A stretch of DNA of 63,019 nucleotides, the filler included, from Octopus bimaculoides (Eukaryota), in NCBI RefSeq assembly GCF_001194135.2. It is 4 parts of 4 records of this genome, joined end to end, with 100 filler letters (N's around TTAATTAATTAA, not from the genome) between each part and the next. Parts side by side here need not be neighbours in the genome. Positions count along the whole stretch, not along the records: positions 19,938 to 45,878 come from NC_068981.1; 3 more parts are not named here. One strand, 5' to 3'. A program made the translations under genes and the position numbers. Numbering within the stretch: position 1 is the stretch's first letter; every line of letters begins with the position of its first letter. The notes under the pieces were generated by a model. That model had not been told where the DNA came from and ran no database searches. It saw only the letters and a list, made by a program, of their open reading frames with translations. This document shows, piece by piece, positions 24,377 through 38,124 of this stretch.

Positions 24377-24738
24377 NNNNNNNNNNNNNNNNNNNNNNNN
24401 NNNNNNNNNNNNNNNNNNNNNNNNNNNNNNNNNNNNNNNNNNNNNNNNNNNNNNNNNNNNNNNNNNNNNNNNNNNNNNNNNNNNNNNNNNNNNNNNNNNN
24501 NNNNNNNNNNNNNNNNNNNNNNNNNNNNNNNNNNNNNNNNNNNNNNNNNNNNATATATATATATATATATACACATATATACGACGGGCTTCTTTCGGTT
24601 TCCGTCTACCAAATCCACTTACAAGGCTTTGGTCGGCCCGAAGCTATAGTAGAAAACACTTGCCGAAGGTGCTACGCAGTAACACTGAACCCGGAACCAC
24701 ATGGTTGGTAAGCAAGCTACTTACCACACAGCCACTCC
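24140..24738 (-). mobile_element. SINE family B, full length; internal microsatellite has an N gap
   Basis: Same organisation as 20541-21060. Confidence 0.88.
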
Positions 24739-25334
24739 TATATGATGATTCTTCGAGAAAGAGTGGTCAAATTATCTCAAATCGCACCCTACCGTCTTAA
24801 ACATGGAAGAACTACCATATTGGGAAACTATTGTGTTCTAAATTAAGCAGTTCACGGTACATTTCCCTCACATTTCCCTACCTTTTTTAAACAACAATAT
24901 CTATAACAGAAGTAGCAATAACAACAACAGCCAGACTTTTCGGTCAAGTTAACATCATCATAACGAGTATGCGGCCAATTTGAGAGTAATTTTCCGTACT
25001 ATTTCCTATCCTGATATATGTGAGGGAAGGCATTTACAGTGCGTAGCCGTGTACAAATTTTATCTTGATCACTGAATGGTCATGATTTATACTGACTTCA
25101 CTTTAAATGGCAATGCAGTCATGATCAAGTGAGTCTGCAAAGCGGATTCATTTGATTGTGAGTTATATGTGCGTTAAAGCATGTATATGCTTATAGATGT
25201 AAGTATACACGGGTATGTATGTATGTATGTGTGTTATGCTGTATGCACATACACATACACACATACTCATAAGTATATGTGTACACCTATGTATATATGT
25301 TTGGATAAGCTTGAGTGCATGATGTATAAATATG

Positions 25335-25374
<40 letters not shown>

Positions 25375-26568
25375 AGAGTGCACATGCACGTGTGTGTAAC
25401 TGTGCGCACGTGTATTGGTATATGCATGCATTTAGATAGGTATGCGTGTATCTACATCTGTGTGTGTGGATGTGTGTGGTGTAATAATATATACGAATAT
25501 ATGTGTGTGCCTGCCTATGTATGTGTATGCGTTTAGGAGGCTACGTGCGTTTGCTTATGTATATAAGTGCATGTGTGAGTGTGTTGTAATAATGTGTACA
25601 CGTCTGAGTGTGCAAGCGTGTGTAGTTGTATAATTATATATTTTTAGAGGTATATGCTTAGGTACGTACACGTGTATGTTTTTATGTATGTGCACACGTG
25701 TGTGTGTGTGAATGTGCGTTATGTCGTAATACGTACACATGCATGTGTGTATGTGTGTAAGCGCGTGTATGTGAATAGCTATGTGTATGAATTTCGGTAG
25801 GTGCGCTTGCATTTTTGTATGTAAACATATATTTGTGTACATATGTCTAACGTAATAACAGTTATACCGGCGTATGTGTATGTAAAAACCTGCTTTTAAA
25901 TAATTGCTCAATGTTCGCTGTAGTATATATATATTACATAAACCGGATACTCATTACTCAAACTAAATAGAAATATTTTACATATAATGAAAATATTTAT
26001 TTTGGCTTTTTTGTCTCGGCAAAATATAATTTTAGAAAAAGTGCTCCAGGAATTCTACCCCATCACACACCACTTTCTCTCTATTTCTTTTGCTCTCTTT
26101 TTCCTGTCTCTCTGTCTATTTTTCTTCCTTCCTTTTCATCTCCTATCTATCTCTGTCTATGTCTGTCTGTCTGTCTCTCTCTCTCTCATCTTCTCTCCCT
26201 CCTTTTATGCTATATCTGTTTACCTCTCTTTTTTTCTCTCTCCCTCCCTTTTTCAGTCTTTTTCATTCCCTTCCTTGTTTTTTTTTCTCTTTTACCTGTC
26301 TTTTACTATTCTTTCATCTTTTTTTTTTCTTTTCTATCTGTCTCTCTGTCTGTTTGTCTCTTTCTCTCCCTGCATTATTGTTATCAATGTTATTACAACA
26401 TCAATTTCACTTAGTTGCGGTTACTGTCAATACTAGCCTACAGTCTATGCTAACATTTAGCTCTTCACTGCCTTGATAACTTTATGAAACGCTTCAATTG
26501 TTCTACACGAACAGCTCAGTCAAACGGTGCTGACATTATCATTGCTTCTTCATTAACCTTTAAGTGAA

Positions 26569-26618
<50 letters not shown>

Positions 26619-26746
26619 AAGGTTACAAACATCATCCATTGTTCTATTATCTTTTAAAAATGTAACATTTCCAAATTAATCACACAGATAGACGAATAGT
26701 GTAGTATACACACAGAGAAAAATATACATAAAAATATATACACACA

Positions 26747-26834
<88 letters not shown>

Positions 26835-27404
26835 TACACACAAACACACATGTATATATACATACATATATATGTATATACATACGCTTTTGAAATTTAT
26901 GTTTACATGAGTGAATGTATGTTCGTTTTAGTCGGCTACTATTGTCACCCTGATACCATGTTGCACAATGATCAGGTGTTCTTCAGATGACATTTCAAAG
27001 AAGACAGTGTTAAAAATAAACGTCAATGACCTCAATGAATAACACTGATGTTCCAAAAGAGCGAGCCGTGTGTTGAACTCACTTGTATAACTTACAAGGT
27101 ATAATTGCTATGTGGTATGACATTACGACAGGATTTGGATTTTTTTCTTTTATTCAGTATTTCAAAATATTGCATTAATATATATTGTATTTTTCTGTGG
27201 AACAGAGTTGGCAACTTTTTTTCCATTTACACAAACAGTGGTATGCTAAGTGATTGACCATTTAGTATTTATCTTTTACACAGTGCCGTCTTTAGGGCAT
27301 TTGACTGGAAATGTCATATGTCAAGGATCTTAATGCTAATCTATGTATTCTGTAGATGTTTATGTAGGGGCTCTGGTGAATATCTTTGCATAGGGACCTG
27401 TAGT

Positions 27405-27585
27405 GTTGTTAAGACGGCTCCGCCCTCGCGTTAAAGATTTGACCATTCTCTCCTTGTTTCATTCTGTGTTCCTTTCTGTGGAAGAGCGTAGGCTCGAAAC
27501 GTTAAAGACTTTTCACTTCCCGAGCGTTAAACTAATACATCTGTTTGTTGTCTACACCACGTATCTTCATCTTTTGTTTTTATTT
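27405..27585 (+). repeat. CpG-rich repeat carrying a minimal hammerhead-like motif (PLE terminal-repeat-like)
   Basis: cttt-CTGTGGA-A-GAGC-gtag-GCTC-GAAACGT-T-aaag at 27472-27507. Confidence 0.45.
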
Positions 27586-28078
27586 GTGAATTCTCCCTAT
27601 ATATATATATTCAAACACACACACACGCACTCGCACTCTCACGCATACACACAGACACACACACATGAGTGTGTGTGTCAGTATGTCTGTGAGTGTTTAT
27701 GTAAATATATTTCACATGAATACCATCCACCATCCATAATTTTCACACTCAAATATTGGCCTTTCATGGTTTATCTTTAAATCGCATCACCTGATTAGAT
27801 GATATTTATATATTTTAAAGATCTATTGTGATTTACTTGAAGCATTGCAATTGTGGAAATAATATGAAAATTTGTGAAAACCTTTGAGGAATGCAGGTGA
27901 GAAATTATCAAAATATGTAAGGTGATGTCAATAAATGAAAAAAGAGAAAGTTGTATTACCTTACATAGGCTGTTTACTGATCTTATAATATTTCGGTAGA
28001 GATTTCTCTTTGTAAATAAAAGACAGAAAATGTCTTTGATTTCTTGGCTTATTTTCTTTCTTCTATATGAACAGAAAT

Positions 28079-28450
28079 GTGGAGGCGCAATGGCCCAGTG
28101 GTTAGGTCAGTGAACTCGCGGTCATAGGATCGCGGTTTCGATTCCCAGACCGGGTGTTGTGAGTGTTTATTAAGCGAAAACACCTAAAGCTCCACGAGGC
28201 TCCGGCAGGGGATGGTGGCGAACCCTGTTGTACTCTTTCACCACAACTTTCTCTCACTCTTACTTCCTGTTTCTGATGTGCCTGTATTTCAAAGGGCCAG
28301 CCTTGTCACACTGTGTCACGCTGAATATCCCCGAGAACTACGTTAAGGGTACACGTGTCTGTGGAGTGCTCAGCCACTTGCATGTTAATTTCACGAACAG
28401 GCTGTTCCGTCGATCGGATCAACTGGAACCCTCGACGGAGTGCCAACAAC
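28079..28450 (+). mobile_element. SINE family A, full length
   Basis: Near-identical to 12188-12572. Confidence 0.88.
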
Positions 28451-29763
28451 ATGAACAGAAATACTGTTTCCCGAAATATTATAAGATATTAAACAACCTA
28501 TATGCATTATACTAAAAGTTCGACCATCTAATATCTATGTATTTCATACACGACAGTTGACCATTCTGTATTTATGCATTTCTTGATAAACACTTGAACA
28601 TTCATTATCCATACTACTAACAATTGACCATTCAATATTTTTGTCTTTCCTACTCAATTATTATCAATTTAACAAGTATTTCGTACTTATCGATTGACAA
28701 TCCAATTTTCTTCACCCAACAACTCAATATTCAACAACTGCCTTTCTGTAACTATATAATTCTTACTCAATGACTGAGTATTCAATCTCGTTGCTAGTCC
28801 ACACTATTTATCTAGATTTGGTTATGACCTTCCCTTTCCCTCACACTTCAAAGTAAACTTTGGTTAAGTAATCTACCCTTGAAACAACATGCGCTCAATC
28901 CAATGTAAATTATTTCACTTTTCACTATCCTCTCAGCATATGAATTCAGGTATGTCATTGATCGAACGAACCGTTTTGCAATTTCTATCACACTATCTGA
29001 CCCTGGAATCTCTATTATTGAATGGCTTCTAGTATTTGTGGATATCGTCAAAATGCTTTCCAGATTAATTCCAAGAAATTCCTAGCCAACCTCATATTAA
29101 GTTTCTACTGAACAGTGGATTGGAAACAATGATATTCAATATTCTGTATTTGCTATAGGGCTGCTCACACGCATGAGTAAGAATTTAATCTTCTTAAGCA
29201 TGTTTCTTTCTAAGATGCTGCTCTAATAATTAGCAGGTTTATAAACTGAGTAGATATTAGATTCCCTATTGCTTATATACATACATACACACATTCATAA
29301 ATTCATGCATACGTACATACAAACATACACGCACACATACAAACATACATAATACATACACACGTACATTCATGCATGCATGGTTGCTTATATACATTCA
29401 TGCATACATATATATACACATACATGCATGCATACAAACACACATATACGCGGTAATTCGACATTTCATAAAGGTTTTATTTTCTGGTGCTTCAATCTAA
29501 TATTATATCTAGAAAATTAACCATCGTGAGGTGGTAATAACTGTAATCTATCTATGTATACATGTATGTATGCATGTATGCATGTATGCATGTATGTATG
29601 TATGAACACACACATACATACATGCATATATACATACATATATATATACATACAGATATATATTTATACGCACTCGCACACATGCACACACGCGCATACA
29701 GACACACTCGCACACACACACATGCATATATATACATACATACATACATACATACACACACAC

Positions 29764-29802
<39 letters not shown>

Positions 29803-30269
29803 TGTGCGTGAGAGAGAGAAAGAGAGAGAGAGAGAGTATGCGAGAAATGCATATGTGTGTGCTTGATGTCTCTATGTGAGCAGAATATCCCTCTGCATAT
29901 CTTGGTGAGGAGGGTTGTTTGAAATACAGCTTGTCAAAAACAATATCTGTCAAATTGATTGAATGAATCCTGTCTTGGGTCAACGACAATCAATCGATTG
30001 CGAGGGGGACTTAGAAATTCCGAAATGGTGTCCGATGCCCTCAAAGGCAATTTAAGAAATTCTGATCGAAGAAAATAATGTTTTATACAATATTGATCCC
30101 GATGTGGTTGATTTGAGACGTGTTAAAGTACACACTTCTGTCATAACTTTCGACACCCTGGACATCATAACCGAAATAAATATAATTGTGTTCTACATAA
30201 ATGTGCATCTCTTATAGTTAATCTGTAGAAAAATTCAATTGGACACAGTTTTATACCAGAACATTTTGT

Positions 30270-30930
30270 TGCCTTTCGTCTGTCTTCTCGATTTTCAAAA
30301 GATGTAATATGTCGTTTGTAGTACATTAACGACCGATCTCTCATCTCATAACATTAAAACATTTAAGCTAGTGATCAAGTAAAGAGTAACTGATTTCTTA
30401 GAAAGGAACAGTCTTCTGAATCTTAACCAGTGTAGTTTTTGAAGTAGCTGAGACAGCTTATCAAGACATCTGCTTCATTTTGATAACGTTTTAAATGTAC
30501 TGGTAGAAGGTTCAAACGCAGAATAGTCAATCGCCGTGTTTCCAGGCTACTGTGTTAGGCTCACTTCTGTTCATTATATAAATGAAATAGCAAATCAAAC
30601 TGAATTTGATGCTGAATTCCAGAAATACACCAACAGAAATGCACCAACAAAATGGGCGAGTGGACAGATCTCCACTCTCATCTATGAAATGAAATACAAT
30701 TGGCGGAAAAAGTATGCTGCTAAACAAGGGAAAATTTGAACTCATCCACATCAAAAAAGAAGCTATGAGTAAACAGTCGGGGCAGCCTCTAGTGTCCTCA
30801 TATACTGTTAGAAATTTAAGGGTAACTGTCCACAAGAATCTAAGCCCGAACGTCCACATCAGTAATAAAGTCAACATGGCTCGTAGGTTGCTCTCTCGGA
30901 TCTTTTCAGCTTCTCAATTTAGAGATTTTC
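30270..30930 (+). pseudogene. CR1-like LINE RT relic
   Basis: RVTDFLERNSLLNLNQCSF, NVLNVLVEGSNAE and NLRVTVHKNLSPNVHISNKVNMARRLL with stops and frameshifts. Confidence 0.6.
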
Positions 30931-30934
30931 ATGG

Positions 30935-31148
30935 GGCGGCGAGCTGGAAGAATCGTTAGCACGCCGGATGAAATGCTTAGTGGTATTTCGTCTGTCTTTA
31001 CGTTCTGAGTTCAAATTCCGCCGAGGTCGACTTTGACTTTCATCCTTTCGGGGTCGATAAATTAAGTACCGGTTACGTACTGTGGTCGATCTAATCCACT
31101 GGCCCCTTCCCCACAAATTTCGGGCCTTGTGCCTAGAGTAGAAAAGAA
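30935..31148 (+). mobile_element. SINE family C, alternative tail
   Basis: C head and central domain; tail ggccccttccccacaaatttcgggccttgtgcct, also at 45569 and 55432. Confidence 0.85.
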
Positions 31149-31714
31149 TTGAGATCTTAATGTCATGATCCTTTTGTTGTATCCTTGCTTATATTTCTCC
31201 ACCCCGGCCCATGGATAAATTTGTCATGTTGTATAATAGGAACAACGAACTTTGCAATGAGATAACCACATGGGACAAAGCAATAGAAGTGGACGTAACA
31301 AAGGTAGAAGGGTTGCCAGAGGACGTTTGCTGTGCAGTGGCGGACCCGGAGCACTTCTCAAGATTGATAAATTACGCAGAAGAAACTGATTTCGATTGGT
31401 GGGTTACGAAAATGGACACCAGCAAAATTCCTAAAAGGGTAAGTTATGCTTACATTTTAAAGAAACTTGACATATATTTTCCCAAAAAGTAGAAACTAGC
31501 TGTCACAAAGGCATTATCAATGGTAATTTAAATTAATGTTTTTTAAAAAAGGGTTGTATTAACAGGTTCAATGAAGTCGCTCGGAAGTTGGGCCGAACGG
31601 CTTCATTCCCTTTTTTCATTATATTCAATTCATCTTTTCCATTCGTTTTGTTTTTTGTCCCCACCTTGTGCTGTCCTCTCTATGTACGGCCTTCATGGCC
31701 AATTTCATGAAATA

Positions 31715-31975
31715 AAGAAGCTTGCTTCCCACCATATGGTTCAAGTTCAGTCCCACTGCGTGGCACCTTGCACGAGTGTCTTCCACTAAGCCTCGGGCCG
31801 AACAAAACCTTGTGAGTGGATTTGGTAGACAGAAACTGAAGGAAGCCCGTAGTGTGTACGTATATGTGTGTGTGTGCGTCTTTTTGTCTGTGTTTGTCCC
31901 TCCCACCGCCGCTTGAGTAAAAGGCGGTGCTCCAGCATGGCGCAGTCAAATAACTGAAACAAGTACAAGAATAGA

Positions 31976-31977
<2 letters not shown>
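31715..31977 (+). mobile_element. SINE family B with internal deletion
   Basis: Head, microsatellite, then jump to ggcggtgctccagcatgg tail. Confidence 0.75.
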
Positions 31978-32007
<30 letters not shown>

Positions 32008-33494
32008 ATGCATGTGCGTGAGTGAGTTGCTCTATTTCCGTTTGTTTGCCTCACAGTTTGACAGCCCGTGTTGGTTTGTTTACATCCAGATAAATTAGTG
32101 GGTTGACAAATCAGACCGATATAATAAGTGTTAGACTTAAAAAGTATGTACTGAGGTCGATGTGTTCGTCTAAGTCCTTCAAAGCAGTGTTCCAGCATGG
32201 CCACACTCCAGTAGATGAAGCAGGTAAAGCATAAAGATAAATAATTTAATAAATAGCACGGCAAGCCCTACTTGCTAGGACTGTCTCAACAAATTCGTGC
32301 TTTTTTCACTTTCAACACCAGCGTGAGCACTACATTAAATTCACAATGTAGAAAATGTTCCATCAGCATTGCCTAAAATATTCTGGCATTCAAGGCTGTA
32401 ATATCCATCCTGTCAAGCTAAATGTTGGTTCACATCACCTAAAGACATTGTAATAACATTTATATCTCAACTGATTTAGATTTATTCAAGACGATCGTGA
32501 AGAAATCGAATTTTATTGGAAAGATCCTATGAAATTAAAATGATAGCTAGACAAATTCTGTCAAAAAATTAGGACACCAGCGATGCCTGAAGACATTTCG
32601 TTTAACAAGACATCTACACTACAGTGTGCTGTGGCGTCGGTGTCCCAAAATCTAATCAGCTAGCGGTGTGGTGCCATTACGTTAGATATAAGCTGGGTCA
32701 CATATACGAACATTGATATATATACTTGCATATGTTCATATAAAAATGCACACATATATACACACACAAACACGCACACACACACACGCACACACACACA
32801 TATATATATATATAAATATTACGGCACATTCAAGTATACACGCACACAAGTTCAATACAAATAGGAAATCGAGGCAGCTAAAACGAAGCCAAAAAACGAA
32901 ACCAAAAGCAACTATATAGACACGCAGAAATATATGTAAATAAACAGATGCACACACACATACTCATATATACACACAGTACAACACAAACACACACACC
33001 TATACATTTAAAAGTAAAAAGAAAGAAAATGTGTATGTGTGTGAATACACGCACGTACGTATATAAAGAAGATCCTCCGTTGATGAGCTTTCTGTTGTTT
33101 GATCAAATAAATACTTCCTCTTTGAATTAATATGTGACGAAGTAGAACATTCCACACACACACACACACGCCTACACTTTTAACGGAATTCTGAGAGCAA
33201 ATCACCACGACAGGGAATATGATACATCTGGATCTTTTAATTACCTGTATAATAAGCTATATGACAGATTTCAAAACAGCTTCTGCATACACAATATCAT
33301 TCAAAATGACAGTATCGGTTCGCGGTCAAAGCAAACACAGGCACAAGATGTCAAGCTACTAGATAAGAACCGAGATCATGCGAATGAGCCAACGTTTTCA
33401 ACCGTGCGTATGAAGTTGTAAACATATTAAATCAAACACGCATATATGTACACAAGAGGTAACACAAATACACTGGTATACATTCATGTATATA

Positions 33495-34338
33495 TATATA
33501 TACTACATATGTGGGGAAATTCTGTCTGTAGGTGTGTCTGTGGAGTTGTTAGCTAACTTCACCTACATCGTTTTATCGATTTTGTTGAAACGTAATTACG
33601 TGAGTAGAACTCATGTCTGAAAACCTCGTGGCATACTCAGATTGTTGAAAAAAAAAATCGATAACAGGGCACCTGGAAGGGATCCTTATATATAACCAAG
33701 GGAAATAACCCATTCATTTTCCTAAATTATTTGGTAAAAATGAAATTGAGTATGCATATTTCTTAGTATTTGAACTGTTAGAGTTATTTTCGCAACCCTT
33801 AAACAAGTAAAGAGTATTTCCCTAAACAATAAATTCACTTATTTCAGTTAGTGACTTATTCACGAATATATCAACACTAGCGTCTCTGAGGGCAATATTC
33901 TCTGGGAACGCACAAAAGCCCTTTTGTGAGTTATTTACTTTGAATTGTTATTATCTCATATCTAATTAGTCTGTTATTACGTAACATGCTTCACGATTTT
34001 AGTATACATACCATATTAGTATTTCCTCCTAAGTTCTATATACTCTGAGAACGCATTAAAGTCCGTTTCAGGGCTACTTTATTTGAATTCTTACTATCTG
34101 GTAACTAATTTCATGTTATTACATAAGTGACTTCACAATTTGGGTATTCAGAACTTATTGGGAATTCCTAGAAACAAGATCCTGTGTAAGACAGTACGGT
34201 ATTCTCTGTAAATGCACAAAAACCGTTTTAAGGGCTACATACTTTGTATTGTTGTTATTGGATTAGCGAAACAATTATGAGAACGGAACCAAAAGGACAA
34301 GCCCCGCTTCCCCGGGAATTACCGGGTACGTCAGCTAG
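33495..34338 (+). mobile_element. Non-autonomous Helitron with ~150-bp internal tandem repeats
   Basis: 3' hairpin cccgggaattaccggg, 8 nt, CTAG|T at 34335-34338; ctgtctg-type 5' region; degenerate repeats at about 33899, 34040 and 34201; 5' end approximate. Confidence 0.65.
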
Positions 34339-34769
34339 TATATATATATGTGTATTATCGTAGCTATTATGCAAAAATGTTGTAAGTCCAAAATGTTGCT
34401 TTTTCAGAAAACGAAAACACAGTTTCACCATTCCATATCAAAACTGTTGTACTACACAGTTCTATATTTAAGAGATGAGGAACCATTTAGATTATTTACA
34501 TTATTTACATTTTATTTACCACAAACAAGATGAGGACAAATATCTGTCAAATGTAAATAATGTAAATAATGTTGTACTACACTTTGACAATTTTTGATAT
34601 CTTGGCATCTGAAGCAGCTGGAGATGTGATAGTTTGACCAAAAGAACCAGCTATTGCAAGCGAAAATAAATATTGAAATAAACGCATTTGGCCAAATTTG
34701 GACATACGACAGTTTAACAGAATGTTAACAAATGTTTCGAATTTATAACTTGTAAGGGAAGTGCTTACT

Positions 34770-35600
34770 AATAAATAATTCAATGTACAAAGGAACAAAC
34801 AAGTTCAGAACTGACACTCATACTTAAAGATGGATTAAACCAAGCAAGCTTCCTTTTCAGGTGTCTTTAGCATTAAAAGTAGTATACCTGATTATATAAC
34901 GGATCTGATCGATTAAATCGTTTCTCCTTAAAACCTCTCTATAAAATTCGGCATCACGATTGCACGTCTCATCATCGAAAGATATCTTTGAAATTCTCTG
35001 ACTCATATTTCTAAATAAATTTCCCAGAATAGTGGAGGTTGCCTGGAGATTCTATGACTTTATAGTATAATATCACTAGACTTCCGACAAGGATATTAAC
35101 TTAGTTTAAGTACCTGGAACTAAATTAAGGGTAAGATCTAAAGACCTGAATATACTAGCGTTAGTCTTCACTGTAATTTTAATACCAAAACTTCTAAAAG
35201 TGTTTATTAAATCCTTTCTGAGTCTTTCTAACTGGTGACCATTCCTATTACGGATCAAAATTAGTTCGTCGTCTCTGTATAACCCTAACTCTATAGATTC
35301 AAATTTATATTTCAAGTTGTATGAAGTCATTAATCCTTTTAAGTTACAGACTCGGGCATTATCGAAGCAGTAGATAGGAACATCGAATACTTTCGTGCCA
35401 CTACGCTTTGCTCAAAATTAATCATCATAAGAGAGAAATTACTGTGTCTAATTACATCGATGTCTGAATCACTGAAGGCAGTATATATATGTCCGAAGTT
35501 TAAATCTGTCGTCAAAAGGGATTCAGTAATAGACAAACTAATACATCGCAATGATGAGCTGAGTGAAATGGCAGGTATATTTATTTTAATTAATGAATCA
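34770..35600 (-). pseudogene. Penelope-like element RT relic
   Basis: SITESLL, DIDVIRHS, LGLYRDDELI (YRDD catalytic motif), RSLDLTLNL, WFNPS. Confidence 0.8.
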
Positions 35601-37816
35601 TATATCACCTGACTGACTATACTTAATTCACTCTTAGAATTGATAAGCTTTATTTGGAGTCCGTGTGAATTTATACTGCATCCGGTAGCGGGGTCCTGGT
35701 TCAGAAGTCCCAGGATTTTGCAGAGTGTGGAATCACCTCTCAACCACAATTATTCATAAATTTACTCTGACCATCACAAGTAGCACTTGCCAGGGCCCCA
35801 GCTATGAGTTAATTAACATGTCACAGGATTGCTTCCGGAAAAAGGTCGCACATAGACACTCTAGATGAGCAGATGAGGCTCTTCAGCCCATTAGTTGCTC
35901 TTCTAAGAGAAGGTAACTCCATATAAATCCCGCACCATGGTAGCTACAGAGCTCGTGGAACTTCTTGCACCAGATCAATACAAGTGTGAAGGACGAGTGA
36001 GTGAGACTTGCTCTGCTAAAAACCATGTCCACTATTCATCGTGCAGGTTATTCAGCAAACCAAGACACAAACATCATTGCTACCACATTTTCATAAGTCC
36101 AATAGCGATAGAGAAAGAAGCGACGAGGACAGGCAGAGGATGGTACTGGAGGTTTTCAATTTTGACCCCTGGGCGATGGTCGTTTTCACAGACCTAGTGC
36201 TATTTTTTTGTTGAACCTTCATTTATCGAAGCATCGCTAAAAAAAAAAAAAAAAAAAAAAAAAAGATTTATGCTTTTTAAGGTTACTACGATGAGTCTGG
36301 GCAGATAAAATGTCAGTTCTATCAACTATTTTAAAGACTGATTCCAAATGCTTTGCCTCCTTGTTAATAACATTGTATGTGCAAGGATTATCTTTTTTCT
36401 CTAAATACGTTTTTGTAATGATACAAGAAAGAAGTTACATTTACAATTTCAATCTCATTTGGTCAGTTTGTCTGAAGGAACATGCAACGCAGTCGAATTA
36501 CGAAAATGCATTAAGTTATTAAGTGTCTTGGAAAGTACTAGAATAAATTTAGAAATTTTCATTCTGTATCATCTTCTAGGGCTCGAATTTAAGGGCTTCT
36601 AGCATTTTAATCCAGAATGGTTGCCTTCTTGCTTTGAATCCACATTTTGCATCTGTAAATTTTTATTTAATCCCTTCTCGAATAAGTATGCCTTCTAAGG
36701 CATATGTGTAATGTGACGTTCTGTATTCTCAATTAGCAAGTTTTCCTTAAGGTGGAGACTGTATATTTTTCTTTCCATATAAGACTTGATAATCGGGTTA
36801 CAGAATTCTAGTTGACAGTGTCCATCAAGTAAGGAGAGCAGAATAAATTTGGTGGTAGAAACGGGAGAAATAACAAACTCCCTACTTATGGCAAGAGAAT
36901 TTACCTTTTCTATGCTTCAATCATACGACGGGCTTCCATACAGTTTCCGCCTACCAACTCCACCCACAAGGCATTGATTGCCTCGAGGTTATACCAAACG
37001 ATATTTGCTGAAGGTATCAAGCAGTGGGACAGAACTCGAAACCACGTCATTGCAAAGCAAGCTTGTTAACCACACAACCATGTCTGCGCATATACACAGC
37101 CATATTTATTATTATTTAGTCATAAATCTACATAAATAACTGAATAGCCGGAAGTTTCGTGGGTCGCAAATAAAGCTATATCGTTTAAATTTTAGTCATT
37201 GAACTGTAACTATGCTGGGGCACCGCCTAGAAGAATTTATAGTCGAATGAATCGACCCCAGGTCTTATTCTTTTAAAAGACTGCTACTTATTCCATCAAT
37301 CTCTAATTTAAAGAAAAATGAAATAAGAAAAACCACTGAATCTCATGTCGGCTGCAATCAAGGTGAAACACGTTCCAAGCTGGTCTCTGACCTCGAGGCA
37401 GTCAGACTGTCCTTTTTCCATAACGAAGAAAATTCTCAATTCTTGAGATTGTCTCCCCTTTTAATTTGGAGTTGGTCGCAATTATCACGAACCATTTGTT
37501 TACTTTTCTCTCAAAGGAAAGATAATTTCAGTAAATCAAGAGTCTATTTGTATGTTATTTAATATATCTTTATTCACTTTTTATTTTATACGTATGTATG
37601 TCATTGTTCAGTTTTATTTCAAGATTTCTTGCCAATAGAGAAAGATCCGGTTTCTATCTAAGATCCAAGGCTCCTTCAGTGGAATTTCAACATCAACAAC
37701 AGGGTATGTATATATGTATGTATGTATGTGTGTGTGTATATATGTATGTATGTATGTATGTATGTGTGTGTGTATGTATGTATGTATGTATGTATGTATG
37801 TATTATGTGTGTACTA

Positions 37817-38124
37817 CGTCTGTTACGACGGCGAGGGTTTCAATTGATCCGATCGACGGGACAGCCTGCTCGTGAAATTAACGTGCAAGTGGCTGAGCAC
37901 TCCACAGACAAGTGTACCCTTAAGGTAGTTCTCATGGTGATTCAGCATGACAGAGTGTGACAAGGCTGGCCCTTTGAAATACAGGTACTACTCATTTTTG
38001 CCAGCTGAGTGGACTGGAGCAACGGGAAATAAAGTGGCTTGCTCAAGGACACAACGCGTCGTTGGGAATTGAACTCACGACCTTACGATAGCGAGCCGAA
38101 TACCCTAACCACTAAACCAAGCGC
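37817..38124 (-). mobile_element. SINE variant A2
   Basis: Reverse-complement match to 22170-22489. Confidence 0.8.

Noticed and set aside
28518-28703. CRISPR-like repeat/spacer appearance
   Set aside because: Repeats are only 11 nt, degenerate and irregular; eukaryotic context and no cas genes
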